A DNA stretch of 64,000 nucleotides from Utricularia gibba. Its lineage: Eukaryota; Plantae; Magnoliophyta. A program made the translations under genes and the position numbers. The notes beneath the pieces were generated by a model. It ran no database searches. It was not told the origin of the DNA and saw only the letters and a program-made list of their open reading frames with translations. Below are positions 12,236-26,287 of the stretch, in pieces. Each line of letters opens with the position of its first letter. Position 1 is the stretch's first letter. The stretch is taken from positions 1,736,001 through 1,800,000 of the forward strand of contig NEEC01000009.1 of NCBI GenBank assembly GCA_002189035.1. Direction: 5' to 3'.

Positions 12236-15200
12236 CTACAGCATTTTGACGGCGGCATACGCAGCAACGTGAGCGTCGCAGTCCCATGCCATATCCTGTC
12301 CCATGGCGTCTCTAATCCGCGTGCTCCATCTCGAAGGATCGTTCATCTGCAAGCCGTGGATCGTCAGAGTTTCGTATCGAACAAGATCGAGTGAGAAATA
12401 CGTACGATTTCATCAATGGCCTCCGCGAGGGATAGGCTTCCGAAGGTACGGCTGATGTACTGTGACAGCTTGTTGGTCTCAGATTCATGCCTCCTGCACA
12501 AATGCACGCTATCATCGTATCGGTTGGATCTGATCGGCGCGCGTCGTTATGGTTGCTACTTACTTGACACTTCCATGGAGACAAAGAGGAGCCGCTCCGT
12601 ACTTGATCGCCTTGAGCTGCAATGCAAGTTTTGTGAATCTAGTCTGGATAACGAATACGAGGAGTAGAGAAATCCTTACCGGTGTTTCGTCATCCAAGGA
12701 AGGGCATAGCATGATATCAGATCCTGAGAGCATCAACCGGAACAACTCTTGGTCGGATTCGACGAATCTGACATTTTCTCCCTGAAGGAAAACGAGATGT
12801 TTGGTTCGATTATTTGCACGGATACCTTCGATGATCAGTTGAGGAGGCGAGATTACCGTAAATTGTTCCGGATACGTTTCCGAAGATTTCTTTGACGGAG
12901 ATCCCATGATCACGAACTGGACACCAACACCCTGTCTGGAAGTCATTGAGATAAGTGTCCTGAGCTTCTCTAGATCCACCGGGTTAGCACAGATACACCC
13001 TACCTGGAAAAAAAAAAAAGAGAGCTGGAAGTTGCTTATATGCATCACAACAGTGGAAAATATATGCTTGTCTGGATACTCACTACAATTACGGAAACAC
13101 TGCTCGGAAAATTGATGCGGTGCTGCAGCGCAAGCTTGCATATGGATTTCCCTTCCAAGTCCTGAGCACTAAAGCGTCGAGGAATATGATCGTCACTCGA
13201 AGAATCCCAGATTGACTCGTCCAGTCCAAAGGGAACAACCATCATTTTCTCCCTGTAATCGGGAAGCCTTGATATGTGTCTGCTGCAAAGTTGCAAGCAA
13301 GAATTTCAAACCTGTGAATGGCTAAGGTGTGCTCCAAACCCCCTGTGTATCTACCGATGACTTCACCCTTTGAAAGCATTGACAATGCTATGACTCTATT
13401 GGAGTAAACAATTCCACCCTGAGAAGCATTTAGAGACTAAGATCAGTAACAGTGGCAACAGCCAAGCTTCTTCTGGGCATTATTCATCGAGTCTGATTAT
13501 TCTCTCTTCTCATTTATTATCTGGTAGCATCCATGACCATAATGGAGCTTGGAAGAATGACAAGTGAATGAGATACAAAATCACCTTCAGTATGTTGACC
13601 AGATGGGTTGCCGCATTGTCTTGCAGGCGGTCTGGCCTAAACAGTTGTGATGGATCGAGCCCACACAGTGCTAGCTTTTCAGGTTGTTCAAGACACTGAG
13701 GATAGCCAAAATGACATCAAAAGAGATGGAAAAAAATGCAAACCAGAACTTATGAATGCTGCCGTACATTGGAATCAAAGCCCTGGCAGGTCAATACAAC
13801 CTTTGTACGTCCAAGACCCTACATATAAAAAAAACCAGCGAGGTTTTTGTTACACTTGACATCTTCATCAATGGGTTGCTGGTCTGAAATATACATTTTC
13901 AAGTATGGAGTCCAGAGCTTCAATCAGATGCAGAAAGAGAACAGGAATACACCTGATGAACAAAAACATCCCAGAAAAGTGGTGCTACAATGGAGGTTTG
14001 CCAATTGTGAATATGAATCACATCAGGCTTCTTTCCGGATTTAACCAGATAGTCCAGTGAGGCACGAGAGAAGTAGGTGAATCTGAAAACAATTCAAGTT
14101 AAAGAGATGTGGCTTGAAGTACATATGAGGAACCAGAATCCAATGTAGGTGGGAAAGTCCCACATCTGACCCTCGAAGATAGAAAGCAAGCAAGCAGCAT
14201 CTCTAACAGATGGGAAAATGCCACAAACCTTTCGAAGTCATCACGGCAGCCGTATACTTTGCCATGGTCAAAAAAGGAAGCATAATAGATAGGCTCTATG
14301 AATGTTACACCGATGCCGTTCACAACCCTGCAAAAGAAAAGAAGAAACTTATGAACAACTGTACTTGGAGACATGCATTTCACCTTCTGGTAATTCCCAA
14401 AGCTCTACATCTGTCTTTATTTTTTCCTTATCAAGTGCAAGTAGGCAACAGTCGAATACTAACCCCATCCAGATTCTGTTTTCATGCATTCCACCGTTGA
14501 AGTATGAATGAACTTTTCCCAATTCTTGTAATCCAACAACTTCATCTAGTTTCAAGCATGCATACCTGATAAAGATGTGATATTCCCATAAGGAGATTGA
14601 GTTTAAAAGCTTGAGAATGAAAAAGAATGCCAATCATGATACAACAATGAAATATGATGATTACTTGGGCAGAATAACCTCAACAAGGTTCCCTTTTTTC
14701 TGCAGCAAACAAGATAAACTGGTGATATAAGATGCCAAAGATCCAACAGACGCGACTGGAGACATTTCAGTACAGATGTGGATTATGTGCAAACCAGTCC
14801 TGATCATTTACAGTCAATTAGAGACATTTTTCACTTCCAACAAAAGGAACAAAAGAGTCAATGCCATATAGCCCTTACCTTTTGCTATTCTCTGCATGGT
14901 GGCGCAACACACTAAGAAACTCCGTATGACTCGTACTGCAGTTTTCGTATATATCATTCACCAAACTACTCCTTGAATCCATCACCAACCTTCGCAACTC
15001 ATATGCTTCTGTGCTTCCAATCACATCTTGGAGAATCAAGGAATCTATTCTGAGCAGCAGCTGAGATCTTATTGTGAACTCATCTGTTCAGTTTTCCAGT
15101 GTGTTGGTGATGGAGAAAAGTAAAAAGCTTTCATATGTAGGGTGTCAAGACTAAAACAGGGCAGACCATAACAAATTAAAAGCAATTCTAAGCCTGCTTT

Positions 15201-16085
15201 GCTCAGAAATTCAGCACTTTCCAGCATAAGTTAAGCTCTCATTGTTATACTGAAGAACACACTAAATCAAATATGCCATTGTCAAATTTTGCAATGGTCA
15301 AGACTCCAAAGAATCACCAAAAACCAACAAGAAACAGACAAGTATGGTAATTGCAGATTAAAGCCCTTTCATTACAGCACTATGGGTCGCTCATTTTTCT
15401 CAAAAAGAAGAAGTTTTCAGATGGTTTTAGTACAAGAACCTCGTCCCAGATTGGCTTGTTTTTCCATCTCCAGCTTCTCTATCCTACTACGCAATGAGTT
15501 TCTTTCATTTTTCACGGAGCTGAGCTCCTCCAAAGCCTTCAGGCGTTGTTTGTTCAGGTAAAGAATATCTGGAGGAACAAACAGTGCTCAAGTTAACCAT
15601 CAAACTGAAACGGCTGCAAGCATACATTTGAAACATTTCAGCCAAAAAACAGTGAAACCAACTTCGCTGAGCTTCCTTAAACAGCTCCCATATGTCTCTA
15701 GTTTTCTCCTCCCTCAACCCATCAGTATTGTTGGTATGGTTCTGTAGCAAGATATCAAGTATAAAAGACTGCGCTAAGGGATCCTAAACATAATAGATTT
15801 AGGGGAAACAATACCTTTACATTATTGGTACATTCCAACCTAAATCGCAGTAAAAACCACGCATTAAGATACAGCCTTGGAGAAACACTTTTCACACATG
15901 ACACCATTGAAAAAAAAGATCCACCCTTGGCGGACAAAAGGGTCAGCAGGCATACCAATTTGACCTTGAAGCGATGGAGAAATGTAGTACCTTGAGCAGG
16001 GAAGAAATTGGGAAGCCCGGTCTCTGCAACGAGTTCTTGAAAAAGTTGGAAACCTGGTTACCGTTCCGGCGACAAGAGTGTCCAT
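12236..16085 (-). CDS. SS5: Non-canonical starch synthase 5 (SS4-related), plastid-targeted
   Basis: About 18 exons splice in frame. They give the transit peptide MDTLVAGTVTRFP, the coiled coil DIWELFKEAQRNILYLNKQRLKALEEL, GT5 segments GLHIIHICTEMSPVASVGSLA, DDFERFTYFSRASLDY and PDVIHIHNWQT, and a diverged GT1-like C-terminus. Stop TAG at 12236-12238. Confidence 0.85.
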
Positions 16086-16759
16086 CTCACGACGGTGGCA
16101 GTCGGAGTAGGGAATTGCAATTTATGACATCCACCCAAGATTTACATTTACACTCCCGCCAGCCAACTCCAATTCATCTTCCTCCTTCAAGATATCTGAA
16201 TTCAGGGAAGAAACCATAGCCGGATTCTCCCTTCTCCCTCCCTGGCAAGACACGTTCTTGCAAAATACTTATTCTGGTGTTGAGATTTATGGATTGTATA
16301 AACCATTGGATACTGCTGCATATCGCAGATACTTAACCAAGCACCCAATATAATAATCTCATACGAAAAAGATTCACATTTTGTAGTATCGGGAATGGAG
16401 ATGATGATCTGGGAGTTAAACGCAACCTAATTGCCAAACCAAAATGGTATTCATTCATTTCCCACGTAAAAAAATATTTAATGCCAACCCAGATCACAAG
16501 TTACATCTCCAAGTGGCGATTTATTTATTTATTTATGATGACTCCAAGAATTTCAAGCCCCCAGATCTCAGAGGGCTGTGTTTGGTCCTCTTTGTTTACA
16601 CCTGCTGTGTCCTAGAAACAATATGCCAAAGGGGTTCTGTACTTTATTCACAACGTGCATGCACATCAGGCAGCGATGGACTTGCACTTGTGGCGGTTTG
16701 GTTGCATCTGTACACACGCATTCCTGTGTGTTGCTCGATCGAGTGTGTTCTTCTCCAGC

Positions 16760-19700
16760 TCAGTGCCTGATTTTGCGGAGCTCCCAGTTCCCTTCGCCGT
16801 CGATTAACCTCAACTCCAGGGAATGGAAGGGAATCAAAGCAGGACGCTGCAGGGGAGAGAGATATCAGGTGCATCTGGAAAAAATAAGGAAAAAAAAGCG
16901 TATGGATAATGACTGTGCCATGAGGTGTGTGTGCTGCACCTGTGACGATGTTATGACTGTAATTCCCAATTTGTTGGCAAGCCGATAGAGGTGCTCTTCA
17001 ACGTCGACGCTTGTGGCGCTGTTGATCAGGCACAGGGAAAAAACAAAGAGGGGGTCAGGAAGGTAGCATGCAACAAGCACGTAGGACTACATTCGCTTAC
17101 TTGGTGCATTCATCTAGAACTCCAAACCGAGGCTTGTGAAAGAACAGGCGTGCCTAGTGGAACAAAAACAGTGAAGGCAGATCTGCTCAGTGGCAAAGTA
17201 AGACGTATGTTTATCCAAACAATGTTAATACTCACCATGCCCAGCCGCTGCTGCTCCCCTAGAGACAGTATGTCTTCCCAGTTGTGATTAGCGTCCCAGC
17301 CACCTTCCCGTTCCAGGAGGTAGACCAGTTTGACGTTTTCCAGAATCTTTCTTAGATGTGTATCTAAATCACTTGAAGTGCCTAGGGAATCTTGACCTGG
17401 ATTCAGTAATCATGGAAGAGATAAAAACGAAGTGCGCTACCAGAGTCAGATAAGAGGTGGAATCTTGCATATTCAAAAAACAAACCTTCTTCAACAAAAC
17501 GTAGTGCCATTTTCTCAGCTTCCTCATGAGGGAGAGGATATATGATTTGATCTCTTAAGGTTCCTAAGCAAGTATAGGGTCGCTGGGGTACATAAAAAAT
17601 AGAACACCTAGATTCGGAGTTTGGCTGTGGTGTGATGAGTCTACCACTAATCACAGGCCAAAGTCCCCGAAGTACTCGAAATATGGAACTCTTTCCACTC
17701 CCATTCGGACCTTGAACAAAAAAAAAAAAAAAGTTGACTTCGAAATGAAAACTCTTAAAGAAGGGTATAATATACATGACCATCCACTAACCTGTAACCA
17801 GAAGACTTCTCCCAGGAACAATGTCCAATGTTACATGGTGTGCTAGCATTTTTTGAACCGGGGTGATAATGTCCACATCAGAGAATGAAATACAGTTACT
17901 CGAATTTAACTCAGCGCCCTCTAAATTTAAATATGGAAGAACACCATGTCCTGCTAAAAAAGAAAGCGTAGCAATCTTAGTTATTTTGGTCGGTTGACAC
18001 ATACAAGACTTGGTTGTGAAAGGATGATCAAGGAAGGTAAAATACTGACCCTGCTGTGCAGCATCCAAGAGTTCTTCAAGCTCAAAAATTCGATTGATAC
18101 AACCAGAGAGCTCAAGGAATTTTTTGTGTAGCTCAAGAATATCCCCAAAAGCCAAAAAGCTTTGGGATACAACAGATGCTAAAAACCGTAAGGCATGTGC
18201 AAGGTCACCTGCAGAGAATTTTGGCTAGGATAAAGCATACATAATTAAGGAAGATCTGAAAAATGTTCCCATTTTCGAGGTATGTATCTTCAATGCAGTC
18301 AAAGGACTCAACATACAAAACATAGAATACAAGGGGAGAATAGCACAAGGAAGAAGCTTAATCAACTCAACCTTCATGATTTTCTTTTCAGTTAACTCCC
18401 TATCCGAACATCTAAATTTCATTTGATTAGCTTCATCTTTTTTCTGAATATCTAATCCCGAGGTTATGGTTTTAGTCTAGAACTCGTTTTTTCAAATTCG
18501 CTTCCATAGAAATATACGAATTTTTAGGGTCTAAATCTTTCATGCAATCACGGGTTTCTTTTGGTATATAAAACACAGGACGCAAGGAGATAAGACTACA
18601 CTAATGAGACATTATGATGCCAAAGGTACAAAGAAATAAAAAACTTGCAGAGTGAAACTCACCTTGAGTAGAAGTCAAGGCTCTATTGCCTTTGTGTTCC
18701 AAGGCATACATCAAGCTCAAAAACCATGTGACATTATGTGGCAGTTGCTTGGTGGTGAAATCATCTAGTACACCATACAGCCATTTCTTTTTTAGAAGCA
18801 ATGAAGAATGTTTGATAAGTTCTTGAAATCGGGATTCAATCATCTGCAAGCAGGATAAGCATCAAGTGAATATCAAACTTGCCCTACCCTCTGTTGACTC
18901 AAGTGATGCTGCTGATATGCGTTCATGTAATGATTAAGAGTGATATTTTATCATTAAGAGCAATGACATCACGGATAAGAAAGAAATTATCTACTAAATA
19001 CTTGATATGATGAAAATAACAAGACTAAAATAGGTACCTCCCTCTCTCTAGCACCACCACCGAAAAAAGCTACAGATTCTGCATGGGTTCGCAATCTTTC
19101 ATGCATGTACCTTGCAAATTATGTAAACAATGAGCCTGATGTTGTGTTGCGATGAAACCTAAAAATATAATAGAAAGGAGATAAAAAAAACCTGAAGGTA
19201 CCCTCCAGCTGTTGTTCTCGACTTGCCATTTCCCCAAAGTCAGGTGTCACAATCCTTAAGAAGCCCAAACCCAATAACATATAAGCATACAAAATGCCAA
19301 CTCCTCTTCTACCAGTCAAACGCATCATTCTCCAAGTAAACCTGAAACATCAAACATATGGAGTTTCATATTGTGAAATAAAACACTGAATACCCATACA
19401 TTGGTCCTACGCTCACCACGTAATATCAACAGTGGGCTTCACCAATCCTGTAACCAGCCCAGACAAGTCAGTGGTTAACTTTTCCAAGTCTTGCGTCACT
19501 CTCTGATCTGCATCAATATTCTCCTTTGACATATGGAAAACCTGTATCATACATTGCAGTTACTCCTCACAAGTATGATTGTCTGATAGTTTTAACAAAC
19601 TATGACCAATGCAGTTACTTCCGCCCAAAATCATTAAAAATCAAAAATCAAAAAACTCCAGAATGTGTCCTCTCAATTAGTAAGCATAGATCAAAGAATG

Positions 19701-22700
19701 CTTGGAATGAGGAACTGAGGTACTACTTATCAGGGGTGCAGCCTGAAACAGGTGTGAACCGGAAAGATAATTTACATTTGACACTTACAGGATAGCTTGA
19801 ATTATGCATAATTTTCATATGAATAACAATTTCTAGGTACCTTATAATATGCATTATTTCTCAAGTAATTCCTTAATAAGTGCTTGGTCAGACGAATTCT
19901 CCATCCAAGTGCAAGCACAGCTGTAAGGTGCCTAGAATAACAGTAACAAATTTGAGCCAGAAATCAAACACGAGCAACATAGAAAACAATTGGAAAAACA
20001 TCATCATCAAACTGGCCTACACAAGCTCAACTGATACAGCAGCAGTCCTTTATTTCCAGAGCAATTAAAAAGAGATATTTCCAGTGCAATCAAAATCTTA
20101 TTGCCACAAGCACTTAGCATAGTGCTGGTTTGGTCATTGAATGATGTGCCCATGCAAATCTCTGAAAACCATCATGAATTCTTCAGAAACCAAATACCTT
20201 AAAGATGGCGCTACAAAGGAGGATGCAGCACTTTGTAGAACACTAACACCGACCAACCTCAGGAAACCAGCCTTATCTTGCTCCAGCACATACTTGACTG
20301 TCGTCCCTGAGAATAAAATTGCTAAGATATTGCACATCATTCCAAATGAAATAATTCAGGAGGAGAGCATATCAACAATTATTACCATTTAGGGAAGCAA
20401 TACGATCAGATATCCATGTTCTGGAAAACACAAGTAGGGCAACTGCAAACAATTGTGCACCTTGTTTGTCAAGCACAGCAGGAACCTGAATCAATTTTGA
20501 AATTAGGCAGAGCAAATACTCTGGCCTCCGATTCATGAAATTCTTTCTAATAGGGAGTGCATCTAGAACCAAATAGAGCATACTAGTATTTTAAACATAG
20601 AAGCCACTCTCAGAGGTAGTGTCCTGGGAGAACTCTCCAACTGTGGAAAGATTGGCATTTGTATGTCATGTTCATCGGCTGAACATGATGCAATCAACTC
20701 TGAGGGATATGAATGAGATTCTGAAGCAGACAATCTTGAACACTGGAGATGTGTAGAATTAAATACTAAAATATGCTCTGCTTGAAAAAACGCTAAATGC
20801 AAATTGCCTGCTATCACTAACCATCTTTGCATTAGAAAATGCTTGCTGGACCAAAGCAGCATCATTTTGGCGCTCGGTTTCATTATTTCTTGAGTTAGAA
20901 GGGTTAGACTGTGGAGGTTCTGCAGACTCAGTCCTACAGATTTGAAGCAGTTAAAGCTAAGCACGATTTTGAAAATTCAAGCATGTCAAAAACTAAAATT
21001 AACCACATGCTGAAGTCACTACCCCTTGTAACGAACACTCCAGCCACCTTCACCATCCAATGACAGGACCAGATCATGGAATGCAACCAGCGCTGGTCTG
21101 TGAGAAATTGTAATGCATGAAGTTCCCATAGCCCGCACCTTTGCGCAGAAACGCTCCTCCATATCAGTTGTAACAGCACTTGTGCACTCATCAAGAATTG
21201 CAAATTTTGGTTTATGGTAAAAGAGACGAGCCATTCCTAGTCTTTGTTGTTCACCTAAGGATAATTCATCGCCCCAGTTCACCTCCTTGTCAGGTGGGTA
21301 GCGGTCAAGAAGATACTTAAGATCCACCTACAATACAGCAACAAGGAACCAACCAAATGTGGCAACATCAGATTTATTTTACATGCTAAGGAATTCATAA
21401 AAAAATACCCCAAATATTTTTTTACATTTTTCAACAGCTCAGCCATCTCATTTTGCGTTAGGGGCTCAACCTCCTGAGATTCCGTGAGAGGGTAGATTAA
21501 TTGGTCACGCAGGGTTCCTACTGCAGTATATGGGCGTTGTGGAACATAGAATATTTCCTTGTTCAAATCAGACCCAATTCCAGGTTTTACAATACGACCT
21601 GAAACTAATGGCCACAGACCACCCAGTACCCGAAAAAGAGAACTTTTGCCACTTCCATTTGGACCTTGAATCGAGGAAAAAATATCATTAGATTATACAG
21701 GGAGGGAAGTACAATTACAAGGTTCAAAATAAGCTTAAAATAGCATAACAAAATCTCGGGAAGAATTGTACGCATAACAGGGGGAAATGGAAGTAGAGTA
21801 CAAATAGACAGCAGTACCAGTTATCAAAAGATTGGACCCTGGTTCAACTTTCAGGGTTAGATCTTCTACAAGCACATTACCGGTAGGTGTAACAACCTGA
21901 AATGGAAATCGTTTTTTTTATCATAGAGACAGAAAAAAACATGGTAAATATCTCACACCTTGACACCATCAAACCCAATGTGATTAGCTTCGCTAATATA
22001 GTTTTTTCTACCATCAGCATGCTGAGCAGATGAATCCTGAATTGAAAGATCTCTACCTATACCCATGAGTTCATGGATTCGATCTGCATAACCGCTGCAA
22101 ATTGAAAACCCAAGCTGAAACTATCAGCAGATGATAATGCTTAGGCTGGACAAATGATCTATGCAAAATAAGGCCTAGAAAACTAGTACCTTAAGCGACT
22201 GAGACGCCTTGAGCTTATGGAAAGTGTTCCAAGAGACTGGAACAAAGAAATTATGACACTTGTATGATATCTTAAATTACTTAACATCTCTGCACGTCCC
22301 AGGGTTGAGTTGTCTGGTCTTAAATTACCAGAGAAAAAAGGCTCAATAATCAGGATAACAGCAACAGTAGCACCGAGGTACTTAAGTAAGAAGTCCTGAA
22401 TCATGCCAAACCACCAATGGTCATGAAGAACAACCCTCATGTGCTGCACAAGAGTTTTAAACTTCTTCTGGATGTGAAATTCTTCTCTAGTTTCACCACC
22501 ATAAAATGCAATACTTTCTGCATGCGTCCTCAATCTTGAATGCAATTGTCTGTAATCCCCTTCAAGTTGTTGTTCTTTTGACATAAGTTTCCCAAAGGCA
22601 GGTGAGAAATTTCTGATTGCAGTGCCTGCCCCCAATACGTATGCCTAAGTATTAAGTAATAATAGTGGGAAGTAAGATGCAAAATTGTTAATCAAAGGGT

Positions 22701-24116
22701 ATGAAATTGAATTATTTAAGCAATCAATAATGCTGAAAACATATAATAATCTGATTTCGTTTACAAAATGATGCATTAGAGGACAAAAAAATACCAGTAT
22801 CCAAAAGATATACTTCGGGCTTGCATATGAACACAGGCGCCAGGTGTAAAGTATCCCATCTGCAGTTGCAACGAAGTTCTCCTGTACAAGGTCACTTAAC
22901 TCTGAACAGAACCTTGGTATGTCACTGGCGATTCTTTGTTCTGGATTGCTTATTCGGCCATCAACATGAGACATTTTGTAGTATACCATGTTCTAAGAGG
23001 GAAACAGAAAATAGGATCACTGTTAGCTTACAGTTCCATTTTCAGGTAAAATAAAATGGGAGTGAGGATTGCCAATTATTGTGAAGAATAATACCAAGTT
23101 ACCTGAAAATATGTTTTGTGAGTAGCCAGAGTCAATATTTTTCTGAACCGCAAACTTAGAGTGCCTGTCATGAACTTTGAGGTGGAACTCAATGTTGAAA
23201 GTAAAAAGCAGAGAATAAGATTTTCAAGAATAAGACGAAGAAACACTGGTACACGACGGAGAAAAGCTGTTCGGAAAAGGAAGCCTTGGACTTTAGCTAA
23301 TCTGTTGCTTACTGCAGTCCGAGAAACCTACCAACGGTTAAAGAAAATATTTAACATTACAACTCTTGAATAAAAAAACCAAGAACTCAGAAGCATGGAG
23401 CAGCCATTGCAGAAAGAGTGAACAATCACCAAATAGACAATATATGGGAAGACACAGTTTTTAGTAAAATGAACCACATCCAAGGATGCCACATCTTAAA
23501 TAAAAAAGTTACCGCTATAGCAACCATAGCCAACAAATTCATTGCTCCAACTTGGCCCATGCGAGATACCAGAATTGCCACCAAAAACTGGAGAGACCGT
23601 ACATTTCCTCTTTTTTGTCTACTCTTTTTAAAAAGATTGTCTTTTCCAACTCCTTGGCTATCCTCGACACTCTCACTGTGACTAGCAGAAGAATGCATAT
23701 TATATTTCTTCCGCGAGGTCATGTATGCGGCTGCACTTCCACCAGCAACAACAATACTTGTCGCAAGCAACAGAGCTTTCCTGAAAAACAGATCATATAA
23801 AACTGCGTAATATATCTGGAAAAAAATACTAAGATTGACAACAGTGGCCCTTCAATTAAAAAAGATCCCATCATTTGATTCTTTGGAGTTAAATGGCTAA
23901 AAACTGCATTTGCATGGGCAGACAAAGCAAACAAAAGAATACTAGAATAAAAACTAAGAAGCTCCTAAACAAAATATGCTATAATTCAGATAAGTATGGG
24001 AGAAGGATGATAAGAAGATAAAATTATTATACGAAGTGGATGGAGTATGATTACCTTCTTGATTTCAATAGACCTCGGCCATGCTCAGTCAACTGCAGAA
24101 GCTGAAGCGAAGGCAT
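16760..24116 (-). CDS. ABCD1: Peroxisomal full-size ABC transporter ABCD1 (CTS/PXA1/PED3)
   Basis: Starts [17 protein letters not shown]. It has two TMD-NBD halves, Walker [10 protein letters not shown] twice, [15 protein letters not shown] twice, ILDECT/VLDECT and the [20 protein letters not shown] motifs. It ends [21 protein letters not shown]. About 25 exons, checked in frame by hand. Confidence 0.95.
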
Positions 24117-24784
24117 TTTCTAATATAACCTCCTGAATGGATCAACTATCTTAGGAAAATGGTTGGTGACCCTTGAGTGGCCCAGAGAGATAGTTACCTT
24201 CGAACTACCTATAAACTTCAGCACAGCACATGACATCATAACTAAGTTTAAACACACATTCTTGCGTTGCAGCATCATTGAAAACTTGGAATTTCAAACA
24301 CACCAAAAATACTGTTATTCTGTTTCTTGATAAGAATAGAAATAACATTTTGTATTTTACACTTATCCCATTAAAACAAATAAATACGTTCAAACACATG
24401 AAAGAACATTTCACATCTCGCTAAGGAAAGAATTTCACATTGAATCAAATTTCAAGCACTAGTACATAAAGTTCTGTAGAATTCAAACACCAGTTTTTCA
24501 ACAGTCCATTCAAAAAGTGATTTCCACATCTACCGATTTCTTCTTTCGGCATCTACCACTATTGCATTCCATGATGTATTACAATCGTGTAAATCCACTA
24601 TATTATCAAATCGAAAATTCAACCATGATGCAATACTATCGATTACTTTCATGCCCCAGTAGCAGGATGCATTAAATTACCACATATTCAAGAGCACAAA
24701 GGAATCTAGTCATCACTTATCAACCGCCGATTTACTCCACAGTGGACTAGAACAAGAACGGACAATATATGATAGACGAAACCT

Positions 24785-24854
24785 GAATAGGATGTCAGCA
24801 GTTTGTCCGAGTTTCCATAAAAAATGACTGCCTAAAACTGCTGACATCCTATTC
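24785..24854. repeat. Perfect 20-bp inverted repeat with a 30-nt spacer (hairpin) inside the ABCD1 5'-UTR intron
   Basis: GAATAGGATGTCAGCAGTTT (24785-24804) is the exact reverse complement of AAACTGCTGACATCCTATTC (24835-24854). A partial third copy, ATAGGATGTCAGCA, lies at 24900-24913. Confidence 0.9.
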
Positions 24855-26287
24855 TCCTCATGAAATAAAAAGGACTAGATACCAACGGGCTTTTGACATA
24901 TAGGATGTCAGCATTTTGATATTCCCAAGCGTCAACACAATAATAAAATCAAATATTTACACATCACCAAGCCTACTAGCCAGTGATAAAGCTCCAAAAG
25001 CAAGTCTTTTTTTCGAAGCGTGCAGTCAATAAATTCTCCTCAAACACATTAAACTCTTTTTTCTAAGTATCTCAGAATTGTATTCTTTTAGTTTCCGCAG
25101 AGACGGGACCGCCGCAGAAGGGTACATATGCCATCATACCCAATAAAGCGGCGCAAAAACACACTATCACAAGATAAGACCAAAAGACTCCGAAATCATT
25201 GAAACTCAATAATCGACCAATTCAATGTGGAACCGGAATAAATGATCCTGTGATTTGATTCCTGAAAAGAGTCTAGCGGGAAGTAGTTACCTCATCAACT
25301 GAACATCAAAACAGTACGTCAATCCCACACCCGCCCAAACTTGCGGAAAATTTGAGAATAAGAAAAAGAAAAGACGAAGGCAGCCACTTCAACCTATACC
25401 ACCGCCGCTCATCAGCGCTGTAAATTCCATTGACGGAAAACCAAGTTCGTAACAAAGAGCTTAACTTCGGAAAACGAACAGGAATATCCGATGACTATAA
25501 TATTGTTTATACATATAAAGTACCTCCTAATTAATAATATATTTCTGAAAATTAAAAAAAAACTACTAATAATTTGTTGCCAAAAGTTGACTCCAAAGGT
25601 TCACTTGTTGGCGTGTTTTAAACAAGTAAAATAGTTCATAATTTTTCCACAAAATACAATTGATAAAAGAATAATCACTGCATTAGTGAATTTCTAATTA
25701 AATTGTAATCAATAAATCCATTTTATATTTCTAAAAACTAATCAAATTCTTAAATCACTCAAATTCCACAATATATGTGTTATATTATACTTTTTAATTT
25801 TTTTGTTATTTAGTACATGAATTCTGCATTATGATCAACATTTAAAAATACAAAATTTTTGGGATAATGTTTATGTACATGAAGAATGGTATCGAATGAA
25901 TACAAGATCATCTTTATTTTTATTGTTTTTAAAATTTTCACAATTAATTTTTAATGTTTAATGAAAATAATACAATTAATTATTGTTGATATATTTAGTT
26001 TTTATATTTTAACATATCGGATATATTTAGTTTTTACATTTTGATGAACTCGGGTTTAATATGAGTTTTGTAGGGCAATGGGTTTTTTTGTGAAATAAAT
26101 TTTTTTCGAATAAGCCCATAAAATTTGAATAAAAAGCAAATAAATGGTTTTTGCTTTTGTCCTGGAATTGTTGTTTTTGTCTTCTTCTATTGACCTCTTC
26201 CATTCCATGCAGCCATGAAATAGCAACCGATCCGATCACATCGCCTCTGCATTCGCCTGAAACCGCCGCGGCGCTCCTCAACTTCCA

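Noticed and set aside
15961-15990. Apparent 26-nt intron or frame problem in SS5 exons 1-2
   Set aside because: Resolved by a 25-nt microexon (RLECTNNVK) at about 15816-15840 that restores the frame.
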